DNA of 64,000 bases from Anaeromyxobacteraceae bacterium (GTDB lineage Bacteria > Myxococcota > Myxococcia > Myxococcales > Anaeromyxobacteraceae), in assembly GCA_047602405.1 (NCBI GenBank), contig JASGHJ010000001.1, positions 224,001 to 288,000 of the forward strand. Reading direction: 5' to 3'. Positions 49,022 to 58,984 of this stretch are shown here, in pieces (within the stretch, counting starts at the first letter, position 1; each line of letters opens with the position of its first letter). A program made the position numbers and the translations under genes. Below the pieces are notes generated by a model. It ran no database searches. It worked only from the letters and a program-made list of their open reading frames with translations, and was not told where the DNA came from.

Positions 49022-50521
49022 CTACTCGAGCCCGTACTTCTTCGGATCGCCGCAGACCACCGCCGCCGCGAGCACGCGGGGGACGTAGTCGCGCGTCTCC
49101 TCGGGGAGCTTCTTCAGGCGATAGAGGTGCCAGAAGTCGCGCTTCTCCTTGCGGAAGCCGTCCTTCTCCTTCGCCACGTCCCGCAGCGCGCGCCGCACGC
49201 CGAACTCGCCGCGGTTGTAGCTCGCGAGCGCCAGCATGAAGGAGTCGGAGCCGAACTCGGCGAGGAGCGCGGCGAGCTTGCGCGCGGCGGCCCGCGTCTG
49301 CTTCGGCACGTCGAGCCGCTCGTCGACCTTGCCGTCCACGACGAGCCCGAGCTCCTTCGCGGTGCCGGAGGTCATCTGCCACATGCCCTTCGCGCCGGCG
49401 GGCGAGACGGCGTCCGGGTCGAAGCCGGTCTCGGCCCAGGCGATGTACGCCATCTCCTCGGGCAGGCCGAGCGCCGAGAACTCCTTCGTGATGAGCGGCC
49501 AGTGGCGGGAGCGGCGGTTGTAGACGAGGCGCAGGTTGCTCGCGCCCGCGAGCTTCTGCACCTCCTCGGCGAGCGCCTCCTTGAAGACCGGCGGCACCGC
49601 GTAGGTGCCCGCGTCGAACTTCCCGAGGATCCGCCGGATGGCCCGGTCGAGCTCGTCGCCGGACTCCTCGAGCTCCTTCGCCTTCGCGACGTCCTTCTGC
49701 GCGAGCTCGCCGAGCGCCGCCTGGGCGCTCCCGGTGAGGTCGGAGAGCCGCGACTCGAGGGCGGCGAGCTTCTCGGGGTCCGACTCGCCCTCCATCTGCC
49801 GCTGCACCGCGACGATGTCGGCGTCGTAGCCCTTCTTCTGCGAGACGAGCTGGGCAATCTCCCGCTGCTGGTACCAGATGACGGCGCCCATCACGATCGC
49901 GACGAGGACGCCCGCCCCGCCGACGGCGACGACCACCTTCTTCCAGCGCTCCCCGACGCGGAGCGAGGTGACCGCCTGCACCTCGGCCAGCGCCTCGGCG
50001 AAGAAGGCCATGGTCTTGCCGCTCGACCGGCCGCCCGCCCGGGCACGCTCCTGCGCGACCTTCTGCGTGGTCACGTCGGCGAGCCGCTGCGCGAGCGGAT
50101 CCGCGGCCGCCTGCTCGGCGTCGCCCGCGAGCGGGAGCGGCGTCCCCGGCATCGTGGACGCGACCAGGGTCCGGCGCCCGCCGGCCGCCGCGGCGGCGAC
50201 GGCCTCCTCGTCGACGTCGACCCGCACCTCGACGCCGTTCTCGCCGCCGAAGAGCACGACGTCGCCGTCGACGAGCCGGTGCTTCACGACCCGCTCGCCG
50301 TTCACCCAGGTGCCGTTCGTCGAGGCGGTGTCGAGGAGGACCCAGCCCTCGTCGTCGCGCACGAGCTGGGCGTGGTGGCCGGAGACCTCGCGGCCGAGCT
50401 CGTCGTCGAAGCGCAGGTCGCAGTCGGAGGCCCGCCCGATGGTGACGAGCTTCTTGCCGTCCCTGCCGAGCACGGTCTTCGTGCCCTCGAGGTGGCCCGT
50501 GAGAAAGCGGAAGATGACCAT
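49022..50521 (-). CDS. FHA domain - TM - lytic transglycosylase (MltD-like SLT) protein
   Basis: IGR..VSGHHA..STNGTWVNG; TM; AETGF..SPAGAKGMWQ, ASYNRGE, ETRDYVP. Confidence 0.9.
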   Translation of the reverse strand: MVIFRFLTGHLEGTKTVLGRDGKKLVTIGRASDCDLRFDDELGREVSGHHAQLVRDDEGWVLLDTASTNGTWVNGERVVKHRLVDGDVVLFGGENGVEVRVDVDEEAVAAAAAGGRRTLVASTMPGTPLPLAGDAEQAAADPLAQRLADVTTQKVAQERARAGGRSSGKTMAFFAEALAEVQAVTSLRVGERWKKVVVAVGGAGVLVAIVMGAVIWYQQREIAQLVSQKKGYDADIVAVQRQMEGESDPEKLAALESRLSDLTGSAQAALGELAQKDVAKAKELEESGDELDRAIRRILGKFDAGTYAVPPVFKEALAEEVQKLAGASNLRLVYNRRSRHWPLITKEFSALGLPEEMAYIAWAETGFDPDAVSPAGAKGMWQMTSGTAKELGLVVDGKVDERLDVPKQTRAAARKLAALLAEFGSDSFMLALASYNRGEFGVRRALRDVAKEKDGFRKEKRDFWHLYRLKKLPEETRDYVPRVLAAAVVCGDPKKYGLE

Positions 50522-50654
50522 GCGCCAGGCTCGACCTTACGACGCCCGGGCGGCGGGCGCACCACCTCCCTGCTCGCCCCCCTGACCGGGGTCCCACGCC
50601 CGCCGTCCGGTGCACCGGGGCGTACGCCGCGCGCGGCTCGTGCAGCGCCTCGCC

Positions 50655-51584
50655 TCAGAAGAGCGTGCCCTGGGCAGGCGGGGACCCGACCCGGGCCGGC
50701 GGCGCGGGGGCCGGCCCCTCCTCCGGCACCGCGTACGGCCCGAGCACCTTCGCGTAGCGGTCGAGGAGCGGCGCGGGCGCGCCCACCTTCTTCCCCCGCA
50801 CCATCGCCTCGAGCATCCGGGCGTTCGCGACGGCCTTCCCCTCGAAGTGGTTGTTCGTCACGACGTAGACGTCCGGGCGCGACGGGTCGGCGTCGAGCTC
50901 CTTCACGCGGGCCGCCCACGGGCGGAGCTCGTCGGCGCGGTAGAGGTAGTCGTAGCGGGCGTCGCGGCCGGCGCCCTCGCGGAACCAGTCCTTGAAGTTC
51001 CGGCCGTGCACGCGGACGTACGCCACCGGCGCGGTGACGCGCGCCGCGGGCGCGATCGAGCGCGAGAACATGGGCTGGTCCACGTTCACGATCCCGACCG
51101 CCCGCTCGGAGAGCTCCGCGAGGAAGTCCGGCGCCTCCCAGCTCGCGTGGCGCACCTCGAGGACGAGCGGCAGGCCGGCGAGCGCCTGGAAGACGCCCCG
51201 CAGCCACTCCTCGCTCCCGGGCGATCGCTTGAACGACCACGGGAACTGGACGAGCACGGCGCCGAGCCGCCCCGCCTCACGCAGCGCGTCGAGCGGCGCC
51301 CGGCCCGCGGCGACCTCCGCCGGCGTGGGCGGCGCCTCCCGCTCGTGCGTGAAGCGGCGCCAGGCCTTCACCGAGAAGCGGAACCCGGGCCAATCCTCCA
51401 CCCGCGCCGCCCACTTCAGCGCCGCGTCCGCCGTGAAGGGCCGGTAGAAGGTGGCGTTCACCTCGACCGTGTCGAACCAGGCCGCCAGCCACCGCAGCGG
51501 GTCGAAGCCCCGGGGGAGCGGGCGGGGGTACACCACCCCGGCCCAGTCCTTGTACTCCCAGCCCGCCGGCCCGTACCTGATCAC
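50655..51584 (-). CDS. DUF72 (YecE) family protein
   Basis: GWEYKDW, VEVNATFY, LVQFPWSF, EVRHASW, YVRVHGRN, NNHFEG. Confidence 0.9.
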   Translation of the reverse strand: MIRYGPAGWEYKDWAGVVYPRPLPRGFDPLRWLAAWFDTVEVNATFYRPFTADAALKWAARVEDWPGFRFSVKAWRRFTHEREAPPTPAEVAAGRAPLDALREAGRLGAVLVQFPWSFKRSPGSEEWLRGVFQALAGLPLVLEVRHASWEAPDFLAELSERAVGIVNVDQPMFSRSIAPAARVTAPVAYVRVHGRNFKDWFREGAGRDARYDYLYRADELRPWAARVKELDADPSRPDVYVVTNNHFEGKAVANARMLEAMVRGKKVGAPAPLLDRYAKVLGPYAVPEEGPAPAPPARVGSPPAQGTLF

Positions 51585-51687
51585 TCGTTCGTCGTACCCG
51601 CTATCGCCCCCCGGGGCACGTGATTCGTCGGGCGTCGAGGCGGTGGCTTCCACCCGGCCGCGCAGGCGCTACAATCACCCTCCACCG

Positions 51688-52677
51688 ATGACCGACTTCG
51701 AGGCCGAGCCCACCTGGACGGAGCTGCCGCGCGCGCAGGGGGCCTCCTCCCGGCGCCACGCGTTCCTCATCGTGCTCGCCGGCCCGCAGTTCGGCGACGT
51801 CTTCTCCCTGCAGCCGGGCAAGGACCTCGTCATCGGCCGCCGCGAGGACGCCGACATCCAAATCCGCGACGACGGCGTCTCCCGCCGCCACGCCTCGGTG
51901 CGCGTCGTGGGCGAGGGCGCCGAGTTCAAGGATCTCGGCAGCGCGAACGGCACGTTCGTCGACGGGCAGCGGGTGAACGAGGCGAGCCTGGTCGACGGCT
52001 CCCGGCTCACGATCGGCCTCGTCACGACGCTCAAGTTCGTCTACGCCGACGAGCTCGAGGCGCGCTGGCAGCTCAAGGTGGCCGAGGGCGCGCTGCAGGA
52101 CCCCCTCACCGGCCTCTACAACCGGCGCCACCTCGAGGAGCGGCTCTCCGCCGAGCTCGCGGCCGCGCAGCGGCACCAGCGGCTCGTGTCGGTGCTGATG
52201 GTGGACGTCGACCACTTCAAGCGCATCAACGACGACCACGGCCACATGGCCGGCGACGAGGCGCTCAAGATGGTCGCCTACGTGCTCCGCGGCGCGATCC
52301 GCAAGGAGGACGTGCTCGCGCGCTTCGGCGGCGAGGAGTTCGTGGTGGTGGCCCGCGAGACCGGCCTCGCCGGCGCCCGGGCCCTCGGCGAGCGCATCCG
52401 GCGGGCGGTGGAGCGGTCGCGCTGCCAGTGGCAGGGCCGCGACCTCGCGCTCACCGTGTCGATCGGGGTGACGGTCTCGATCGGCCTCACCGACTACGTC
52501 GCCGGCGAGACCGACCGCGACATGATCCAGTCCGCCGACCAGGCGCTGTACCTCGCGAAGCAGGCGGGCCGGAACCGCGTCATCGCGATCCCGGTCCAGA
52601 CCGCCGCGCAGCGGCAGCGCGAGGGCGGCGGGGCGGCCGGCGGCGGCGGCAACACCCCGCCCCCGACCGCCGGCTGA
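51688..52677 (+). CDS. FHA-GGDEF diguanylate cyclase
   Basis: IGR..VSRRHA..SANGTFV; DPLTGLYNRR, RKED I-site, GGEEF. Confidence 0.93.
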   Translation: MTDFEAEPTWTELPRAQGASSRRHAFLIVLAGPQFGDVFSLQPGKDLVIGRREDADIQIRDDGVSRRHASVRVVGEGAEFKDLGSANGTFVDGQRVNEASLVDGSRLTIGLVTTLKFVYADELEARWQLKVAEGALQDPLTGLYNRRHLEERLSAELAAAQRHQRLVSVLMVDVDHFKRINDDHGHMAGDEALKMVAYVLRGAIRKEDVLARFGGEEFVVVARETGLAGARALGERIRRAVERSRCQWQGRDLALTVSIGVTVSIGLTDYVAGETDRDMIQSADQALYLAKQAGRNRVIAIPVQTAAQRQREGGGAAGGGGNTPPPTAG

Positions 52678-52686
52678 GCCGGGCGC

Positions 52687-54013
52687 CTACTGCGTGATCG
52701 GCGCCTTCGCGCCGACCGCGAGCTGCACCTTCAGCGCCGCGATGCGCGCCGAGAGCTCGTCCGCCTGGGCGCCGAACTCCGCGGTGCGCAGCTGGGCCGT
52801 CGCGTCCGCCTGCTCGACCGCGGTCGCCGCGCCGGCCTTGTAGCTCACGTCCACGAGCCGCTGGTTCTCGGCGGCGAGGTCGCGCTGCTCCTTCGACTTC
52901 GCCGCGTTGGCGCGGGCGGAGTCGAGGTCGAGGAGCGACTGGCGCACGTCGTCCCGCACCTGGTTCTCGGCCTTCTTGAGCCGCGCCTCGGCCTCGTCGA
53001 GCTTGGCGCCGTTCTGGCGGATCTTCGACTCGCGCAGCCCGCCGTCGAGGAGGTTCCACGACGCCGAGAGCCCGATGAGCCAGGTCTCGGCGCCGCCGGC
53101 GAGCCCGGCGCTGTTCGCCCAGCTGTGCTGGCCGAAGGCCGCCACCGTGGGGAGGTACTCGGCCCACGCGGCGTTCCGGGAGGCGCGGTTGGCGTCCACC
53201 GTGGCGCGGGCCGCCGCCACCTCGGGGCGCTCGGCGAGCGCGCGGGTCTCGAGCGCGCCGGCGTCGCCCGGGACCGTGGGCTCCGGCGGCTCGACGAATC
53301 TCGAAGTCCACCGGCCGGTCGAGCAGCGAGGCGAGCGTGATGCGCATCGACTCGTGGCTGTTGCGGGCGCGCTTCAGGTCCTGCTCGGCCCGGGCGCGGT
53401 CGATCTCCGCCCGGAGCAGGCCGACCTTCGCGATCGTGCCGGCGTCGAAGCGGACCTTCGCATCCTTCTCCTGGCGCTGGGCGATCTCGAGGAGCCGCTC
53501 GGTGGCGGAGACCGCCCTCGCCGTCGCCGCGACGCCGTAGTAGGCCTGCGCCACGCCGAAGCGGATGGCGCGCCTCGCGCCCTCGAGCTGGGCGACGGCG
53601 GAGTCCTCCGCGCGGTGGGCGGAACGGATCGAGAACCAGAGCGAGGGCGCGAAGAGCACCTGGCTCGCCTCGATCTTCGCCTGCTGCGCGTGCAGCGGGA
53701 CGATCGGGATGTAGTCCGGGCCGAACACGCCGCCCGGGATGAACGAGGCCTTGTTGTTGCGCACCGCCTGGGCGGACGCCTTGACCTGCGGCAGCTGGTA
53801 CGACCACGCCTGCGCCGAGATCTCGTCGGCCTGGTCGAGCGCCGCCATGGCCGCCTTCATGTCGAGGTTGCGCCTCTCGGCCGCGTCGAGCGCCTCGGCG
53901 AGGGTCAGCTTCACCGTCGAGGCCGCCGCGGGCGTCGCCGGCTGCGTCGCCGGCTGGGCCGGGGGGGTCTGGGCCAGCGCGAGCGCGAGGGCCACCGTCG
54001 AAACCATGCTCAT
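52687..54013 (-). CDS. TolC family outer membrane protein; one-base frameshift near 53297
   Basis: Signal peptide, LTLAEAL, VAQAYY, RFDAG, SWNLLDGG; removing one base restores FEIVEPPEP. Confidence 0.87.
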
Positions 54014-54555
54014 GTCTCCTCCGTCTCCTTCCGGCGCCCGGCCCCCGACCTCGGAGGCGGGTGGGCGCCCGCGGCGTCCTCGACGCCGAGCTTCTGGATG
54101 ATCCGCTCCACGATGCGGAGCAGGGCCTTGCGATCGGTCGCGTCGAGGAGCGCCAGGAAGCGCTGGACGCTGCCGTGGATCTCCCCGTCGATGCGGCGGT
54201 AGACCTCCTCGCCGCGCGGCGTGAGCCGCGTCCGGACCACCCGGCGGTCGGCCGTGTCGCGCTCGCGGGCGAGGTGCCCGTCGCGCTCGAGGCGGTCCAC
54301 GATGCCGGTCACGGTCTTCTCGGTGACCGACACCCGGCGGGCGAGCTCGCCCATGGTGAGCGGGCCGTCCTCGCCCAGCCAGAGGAGGGCGTGGATCTGG
54401 GGCGGGGTGAGGGCGAGGTGCTCGCAGGTCGCCGCGAGCGGGTCCCGCAGCGGGCGCAGCCGCGCCAGCGCGAGGATGCGCTCCTCGAGCCGGTCGGCGT
54501 CCCGCCGCAGCGTCCCGGCGCGGGCCGAGTGCCCCTGGTCCCCGATATTCCGCAT
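54010..54555 (-). CDS. MarR family transcriptional regulator
   Basis: LTPPQ, TVTGIVDRLE, DRRVV..LTPRG. Confidence 0.9.
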   Translation of the reverse strand: MRNIGDQGHSARAGTLRRDADRLEERILALARLRPLRDPLAATCEHLALTPPQIHALLWLGEDGPLTMGELARRVSVTEKTVTGIVDRLERDGHLARERDTADRRVVRTRLTPRGEEVYRRIDGEIHGSVQRFLALLDATDRKALLRIVERIIQKLGVEDAAGAHPPPRSGAGRRKETEET

Positions 54556-54615
54556 CGCGGACTTTCTCTAGGGCAGACCGCCGGCGCGGTCAAGCGGATC
54601 CGGAGGGGTACCCTT

Positions 54616-57600
54616 TTACCTCCCCGCCCCTCCCAGGTCCTCGATCTCCGTCTCGATGTCCTTCTTCTCGTCGGCGTCGGGCTTGAGCTCGAGGAACTTC
54701 TTGAACTCCGCGACCGCCTTCTGCTTCAGGCCGCGCTCCTTGTACGCGAACCCCAGGTAGTAGTGGGGCATGGCGTTCGCCTTGTCGGCCTCGGCGGCCT
54801 TCTCGTAGAAGGGGAACGCCGCCCGCGCGCCCTGCGCCTCGTGGACGGCCCGGGCGAGCTTGTAGTGCACCGCCACCTCGGCGGGGTCCTGCTTGAGGAC
54901 CTCGCGGTACACCTTGAGCGCGTCGTCGTACTTCTTCATGCGGACCTTGCAGTCGGCGAGGCCGAGGCGGTAGCGGGAGACCTTCGGCGCGGCGACCACC
55001 GCCTTCTCGAAGACCGGCACGGCGAGGTCGCAGCGGCTGTTGCCCGCGTAGAGCAGGGCGAGGTGCTCGTGTGCGTCGGGCCGTCCGGGGGCGGCCGCGG
55101 CCGCGGCCTTGTAGGACTCGACCGCCTCCTCGAGCGCTCCGGACCGCTCGAGCCCGATGCCGAGCCAGAGCTGGTTGTCCGCCTCCTTCGGCGCGAGCTC
55201 CACCGCGCGGCGGAGCTGCGGGAGCGCGGTCGCGAGCTCGCCCCGGGCGAGCAGCGCGCGGCCGAGCCAGCGGTGCGCGTCGGCGAGGGTGGGCTCCTCG
55301 TTCGAGGCGGAGGTCAGCTGCCGCACCGCCCCGTCCGCGTCTCCCCGCTCGAGCTTCACCGCGCCGAGGCCGAGCAGCGCCTGCGCGCTGCGCGGCATGA
55401 GCTCGACGGCCTTCGCGAACGACGCCTCGGCGGGCTCGAGCTCGCCGCGCGCCCAGAGCAGCTTGCCCCGCAGGGTGTGGGCGTCGGCGTTGCGGGCGTC
55501 GATCGCGAGCGCGCGCTCGAGCCCGGCGGCGGCCGCGGCGGTGTCGCCGCGGGCGGCGGCGATGCGCGCGAGGCCGACCTCGGCGGGCGCGCTGTCCGGG
55601 TCGAGCTCGAGCGCGGTCCGGTACGCCGCCTCGGCCTTCGCCGCGTCACCGCTCGCGAGCGCGAGGTCGCCCGCGGCGACCTGCACGGCCGGGACCTTCG
55701 GTCCCTTCTCCAGGGCGGCGGCCACCTCCGCCGCGGCCTTCGTGAGGTCCCTCCTCGAGAGCGCCAGCCGCGCGAGGGCGAGGCGGGGCTCGTGGGAGGT
55801 GGGCGCGCGCGCGGCGGCGTCCTGGTACAGGGTCGCCGCCTCGTCGAGCCGGGACGCGGCCTCGAGCGCGGAGGCCTTCGCGAGGAGGACCCGCGGCTCG
55901 CCGGGCGTCGCGGAGAGCGCGGCGTCGGCGAGCGAGGTCGCGTCGAGCGCCCGGCCGGCGGCCGCGAGCGCCCGCACGCGCAGCGCGGCCACCTGCGGGT
56001 CGGAGGCGGCGCTCGCCGCGAGCGGGTCGAGCGCGGTCACGGCCTTCACCGCGTCGCCGCGCCGGATGCGGAAGGCGGCGAGCGCGAGCCGGGCCTCGGC
56101 CGCGCGGGGATCCACGTCGAGGGCCTTCGACCACGCCGCGTCGGCCTCGGCCGCGGTGGCGGCCTTCCGGGAGAGCAGCGCCGCCCGGAGCGAGAGCGCC
56201 CGGGCCTGCTCGAGGGGCGCAAGCTTGTCGGCGCTCCGGTCGAGCAAGGTGGCGAGGAGCGGCTCCGCCTTCGCGGCGTCGCCCGCCGCCACCTCGAGCG
56301 CGGCGAGCTCGAGGGTGGTGGCGAGGTCGCCGGCGTCCCGCCCGAGCGCCTTCTGGAAGGCCGCGCGGGCGGCGGCGACGTCGCCCTTCCGGGCCGCGGC
56401 GACGCCGACGCCGGTGGGGCCGCGGGTGCCCTTCGGCTCCGCGGCGTCGAGCCGGCCGTACACGGTCGCGGCGCGGGCGGAGTCGCCGCGGGCGAGCGCG
56501 GCGCGGCCGAGCAGGGCGAGCACCTCGGTGTCGGGGGCGCGCTTCGCCCAGGCCTGCTCGACCTCGGCGTCGCGCTCCGGCCCGGACTTGCCGTCGAGCA
56601 GCGCCACCCCGAGGCGGGCGACGGCCGTCTCCGGCTCGCCCTTCGCCTCGGCCTCGAGCTTCGCGGCCGCCTTCCGGGCGAGCTCGAGGGCGGGGCCCGG
56701 CGCGCCGTGGACCGCGTCGAGCGCCTGGACCGCCATCACCTGGAGCGCGAGCGCCGGGCGCGAGCGCGGCGCGGCGTCCACCGCCTGCCGGGCGAGCTCG
56801 GCGGCGGCCTTCGCGTTCGTGAAGTCGTTCTCGGCGAGCGCGGCGCGCGCGCGGGCCGCGAAGTTGGCCGACTCCTTCGGATCGCCACCGCGCAGGAGCC
56901 CGGTGAAGAAGTAGCCGTACGGCGTGAAGAGGCCGGCCGCGACGCCTCCGCCGACCACGAGGACGAGGGCCGCCGCGATCGAGCCGCCGACCAGGAGCTG
57001 CTTCCTCGACGGGCGGAGCCGGCTGCCCTCGGCGCCGGTGGACTCGGTCACCCGCTCGGCCGCCGCCATGCGGTCGCCGAACACGGCCACGGCCTTCTTG
57101 CCGGTCACCGGCGGCGGGGTGCCGCCGGTCACCTTCCGCATCGTGTCCGAGAACGCCTCGACCTGGCCGATGGGCTTCCAGCCCTCCGAGCCGACCTCGG
57201 CGACGTCCTCGTTGCCGAGGAGCTCGCCCTTCTCGAGCATCTCGGTGATCTGCGGCACCTCGAACGGGCCGAAGATGCGGCCCGAGCGGCGGCGCACGCG
57301 CCAGCCGGAGAGCTTCTTCGCGGGCGCGTCGCCGAACAGGTTCTCGAGCTCCTCGCCGTCCGCGGGCGCGCCGGCCGCCGGTATCGGAGGCGGCGGCGGG
57401 GCGGAGGTCGCGATGGCCGCGAACGGATCCTCCTCGGGCGGCGCGGGCGGCGGCGGCGGCGGCGCAGGCGGGGCGGCCGGGAGGTCGTCGTCGAAGGAGA
57501 TCTCGCCGAAGCCGAGCGGCGTCGGGGAGGCCGGCGGCGGCGCGGCCGGCACCGGCGGGGGCGCCGCCGCGAACGGGGACGGGTCGGGCGGCGCCTCGAA

Positions 57601-58059
57601 CGAGGCCGGGTCGCTCGCGGCCGGGTGGTCCTCGAAGCCCTGCGGCGGGGCGTCGAACGGGCTCGGGGCCGGCGCGGCGCCCGGATCCCCGAAGGGCGAC
57701 TCCTCGGCCGCCGGCGCGTAGCCGGCGTCGCCGAACGGCGAGTCGGCCTCCGGCGGGACGACCGGCGCGGGCAGCGGCACGCCGGCGGTCGGCAGCGGGG
57801 GCGGAGGAGGTGGTGCGGCGTACGCGGGCGCCGGCGCGGGCGGCGCGAGGGGCGGCGGCGGGAGCGGAACGCCGCCGGTCGCGTTCGGGCGCGGCATCGA
57901 GCCGGGCAGCGGGACGGCGCCGGCCGGCGCGGCCGGCTCGCCCGGCCGGACCGGGAACGTCTGCTGGCACTTCGGGCAGCGGACGGTCAGGCCCGTCGGC
58001 GGGACCTTCCTGTCGTCGACGTTGTACGCAGCTGTGCAGTGCGGGCAGACCACCCTCAT
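54616..58059 (-). CDS. Zinc-ribbon + Pro-rich + GYF-like + TM + TPR protein
   Basis: CPHC..VRCPKC; WRVRR..FGPF..GWKPI; TM; many TPR-like repeats. Confidence 0.85.
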   Translation of the reverse strand: MRVVCPHCTAAYNVDDRKVPPTGLTVRCPKCQQTFPVRPGEPAAPAGAVPLPGSMPRPNATGGVPLPPPPLAPPAPAPAYAAPPPPPPLPTAGVPLPAPVVPPEADSPFGDAGYAPAAEESPFGDPGAAPAPSPFDAPPQGFEDHPAASDPASFEAPPDPSPFAAAPPPVPAAPPPASPTPLGFGEISFDDDLPAAPPAPPPPPPAPPEEDPFAAIATSAPPPPPIPAAGAPADGEELENLFGDAPAKKLSGWRVRRRSGRIFGPFEVPQITEMLEKGELLGNEDVAEVGSEGWKPIGQVEAFSDTMRKVTGGTPPPVTGKKAVAVFGDRMAAAERVTESTGAEGSRLRPSRKQLLVGGSIAAALVLVVGGGVAAGLFTPYGYFFTGLLRGGDPKESANFAARARAALAENDFTNAKAAAELARQAVDAAPRSRPALALQVMAVQALDAVHGAPGPALELARKAAAKLEAEAKGEPETAVARLGVALLDGKSGPERDAEVEQAWAKRAPDTEVLALLGRAALARGDSARAATVYGRLDAAEPKGTRGPTGVGVAAARKGDVAAARAAFQKALGRDAGDLATTLELAALEVAAGDAAKAEPLLATLLDRSADKLAPLEQARALSLRAALLSRKAATAAEADAAWSKALDVDPRAAEARLALAAFRIRRGDAVKAVTALDPLAASAASDPQVAALRVRALAAAGRALDATSLADAALSATPGEPRVLLAKASALEAASRLDEAATLYQDAAARAPTSHEPRLALARLALSRRDLTKAAAEVAAALEKGPKVPAVQVAAGDLALASGDAAKAEAAYRTALELDPDSAPAEVGLARIAAARGDTAAAAAGLERALAIDARNADAHTLRGKLLWARGELEPAEASFAKAVELMPRSAQALLGLGAVKLERGDADGAVRQLTSASNEEPTLADAHRWLGRALLARGELATALPQLRRAVELAPKEADNQLWLGIGLERSGALEEAVESYKAAAAAAPGRPDAHEHLALLYAGNSRCDLAVPVFEKAVVAAPKVSRYRLGLADCKVRMKKYDDALKVYREVLKQDPAEVAVHYKLARAVHEAQGARAAFPFYEKAAEADKANAMPHYYLGFAYKERGLKQKAVAEFKKFLELKPDADEKKDIETEIEDLGGAGR

Positions 58060-58880
58060 GATGCCTTCCTTCCGCCGTCGTCGGCGCCGAACCGCCTGCG
58101 CAGAGCCTGGTACTCGTCCCACTCCGGCGCGTCGAACCCGCGCTCGGAGCCCTCCGCCCCGAGCCGCACGCCGAGCAGCTCCGGCGCGAACGTCGCGCCC
58201 TCCTCGCCGAGCGCCGCGACCTCGTCGAGCGCACCGGCCGAGAGCGCCTCGAAGCGCGCGCGGAGCTCGGTGTACCGGAGGTACGCCTCCACCACCTCGG
58301 GCGGCGCGAGCTCCGCCCGGTCGCCGACCTCGCGCACGAGCCGGGCCGCGCGCAGCCGCCGCCACACCTCGGTCGAGTCCATCGCGGGCGTCGTCGCGAC
58401 CCGCGCTGGCCCGACGTCCTCGGGGATCGGCCGGAAGCCGTCGTCGCCGGGCGGGCCGCACAGCGCCTTCAGCGCCTCGACCGCGCGGCCCATCGCGTCC
58501 GCCGAGAGGAAGTTGCGGATCTGCCGGTTCGCCTCGCGCAGGCGCGCCGAGAGGCGGCGCAGCAGGCGCAGGGCGACCTCGCCGTTGCCCTTCACGAGGT
58601 CGGCGAACGCCGCCTGGTCGATCTCGAGGATCCGGGCGTCCCGCTCGACGACCGCGCTCGCGGAGCGGGGCTGCCCCTCGAGGAGCGCCATCTCGCCGAA
58701 CGCCTCGCCGGGGCCGAGCACCGCCAGGGTCACCCGGCCGGCGCCCGCCTGCTTCTCGATGCGGACCTCGCCCGCCTGGATGACGTACATCCGGCTGCCG
58801 GGGTCGCCCTCCTCGAAGAGGACGGAACCCGCCGGGAAGTCGCGCCCGTAGATGTCGGCGGCGGTGCGGTCCGAGGACAT
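58056..58880 (-). CDS. Crp/Fnr family cNMP-binding protein
   Basis: FEEGDPG..YVIQAGEV, FGEMALL, PRSASA. Confidence 0.87.
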   Translation of the reverse strand: MSSDRTAADIYGRDFPAGSVLFEEGDPGSRMYVIQAGEVRIEKQAGAGRVTLAVLGPGEAFGEMALLEGQPRSASAVVERDARILEIDQAAFADLVKGNGEVALRLLRRLSARLREANRQIRNFLSADAMGRAVEALKALCGPPGDDGFRPIPEDVGPARVATTPAMDSTEVWRRLRAARLVREVGDRAELAPPEVVEAYLRYTELRARFEALSAGALDEVAALGEEGATFAPELLGVRLGAEGSERGFDAPEWDEYQALRRRFGADDGGRKAS

Positions 58881-58984
58881 GGGGCGGCCGGCCCAAGGGA
58901 AGCCGGGCCCAGGGGCGGGTGCAGCGAAAGTACCACCCGCCCAGCGGCCCATTCAAGAAAGGGGCCCCGTGCTAAACCTCCCAC

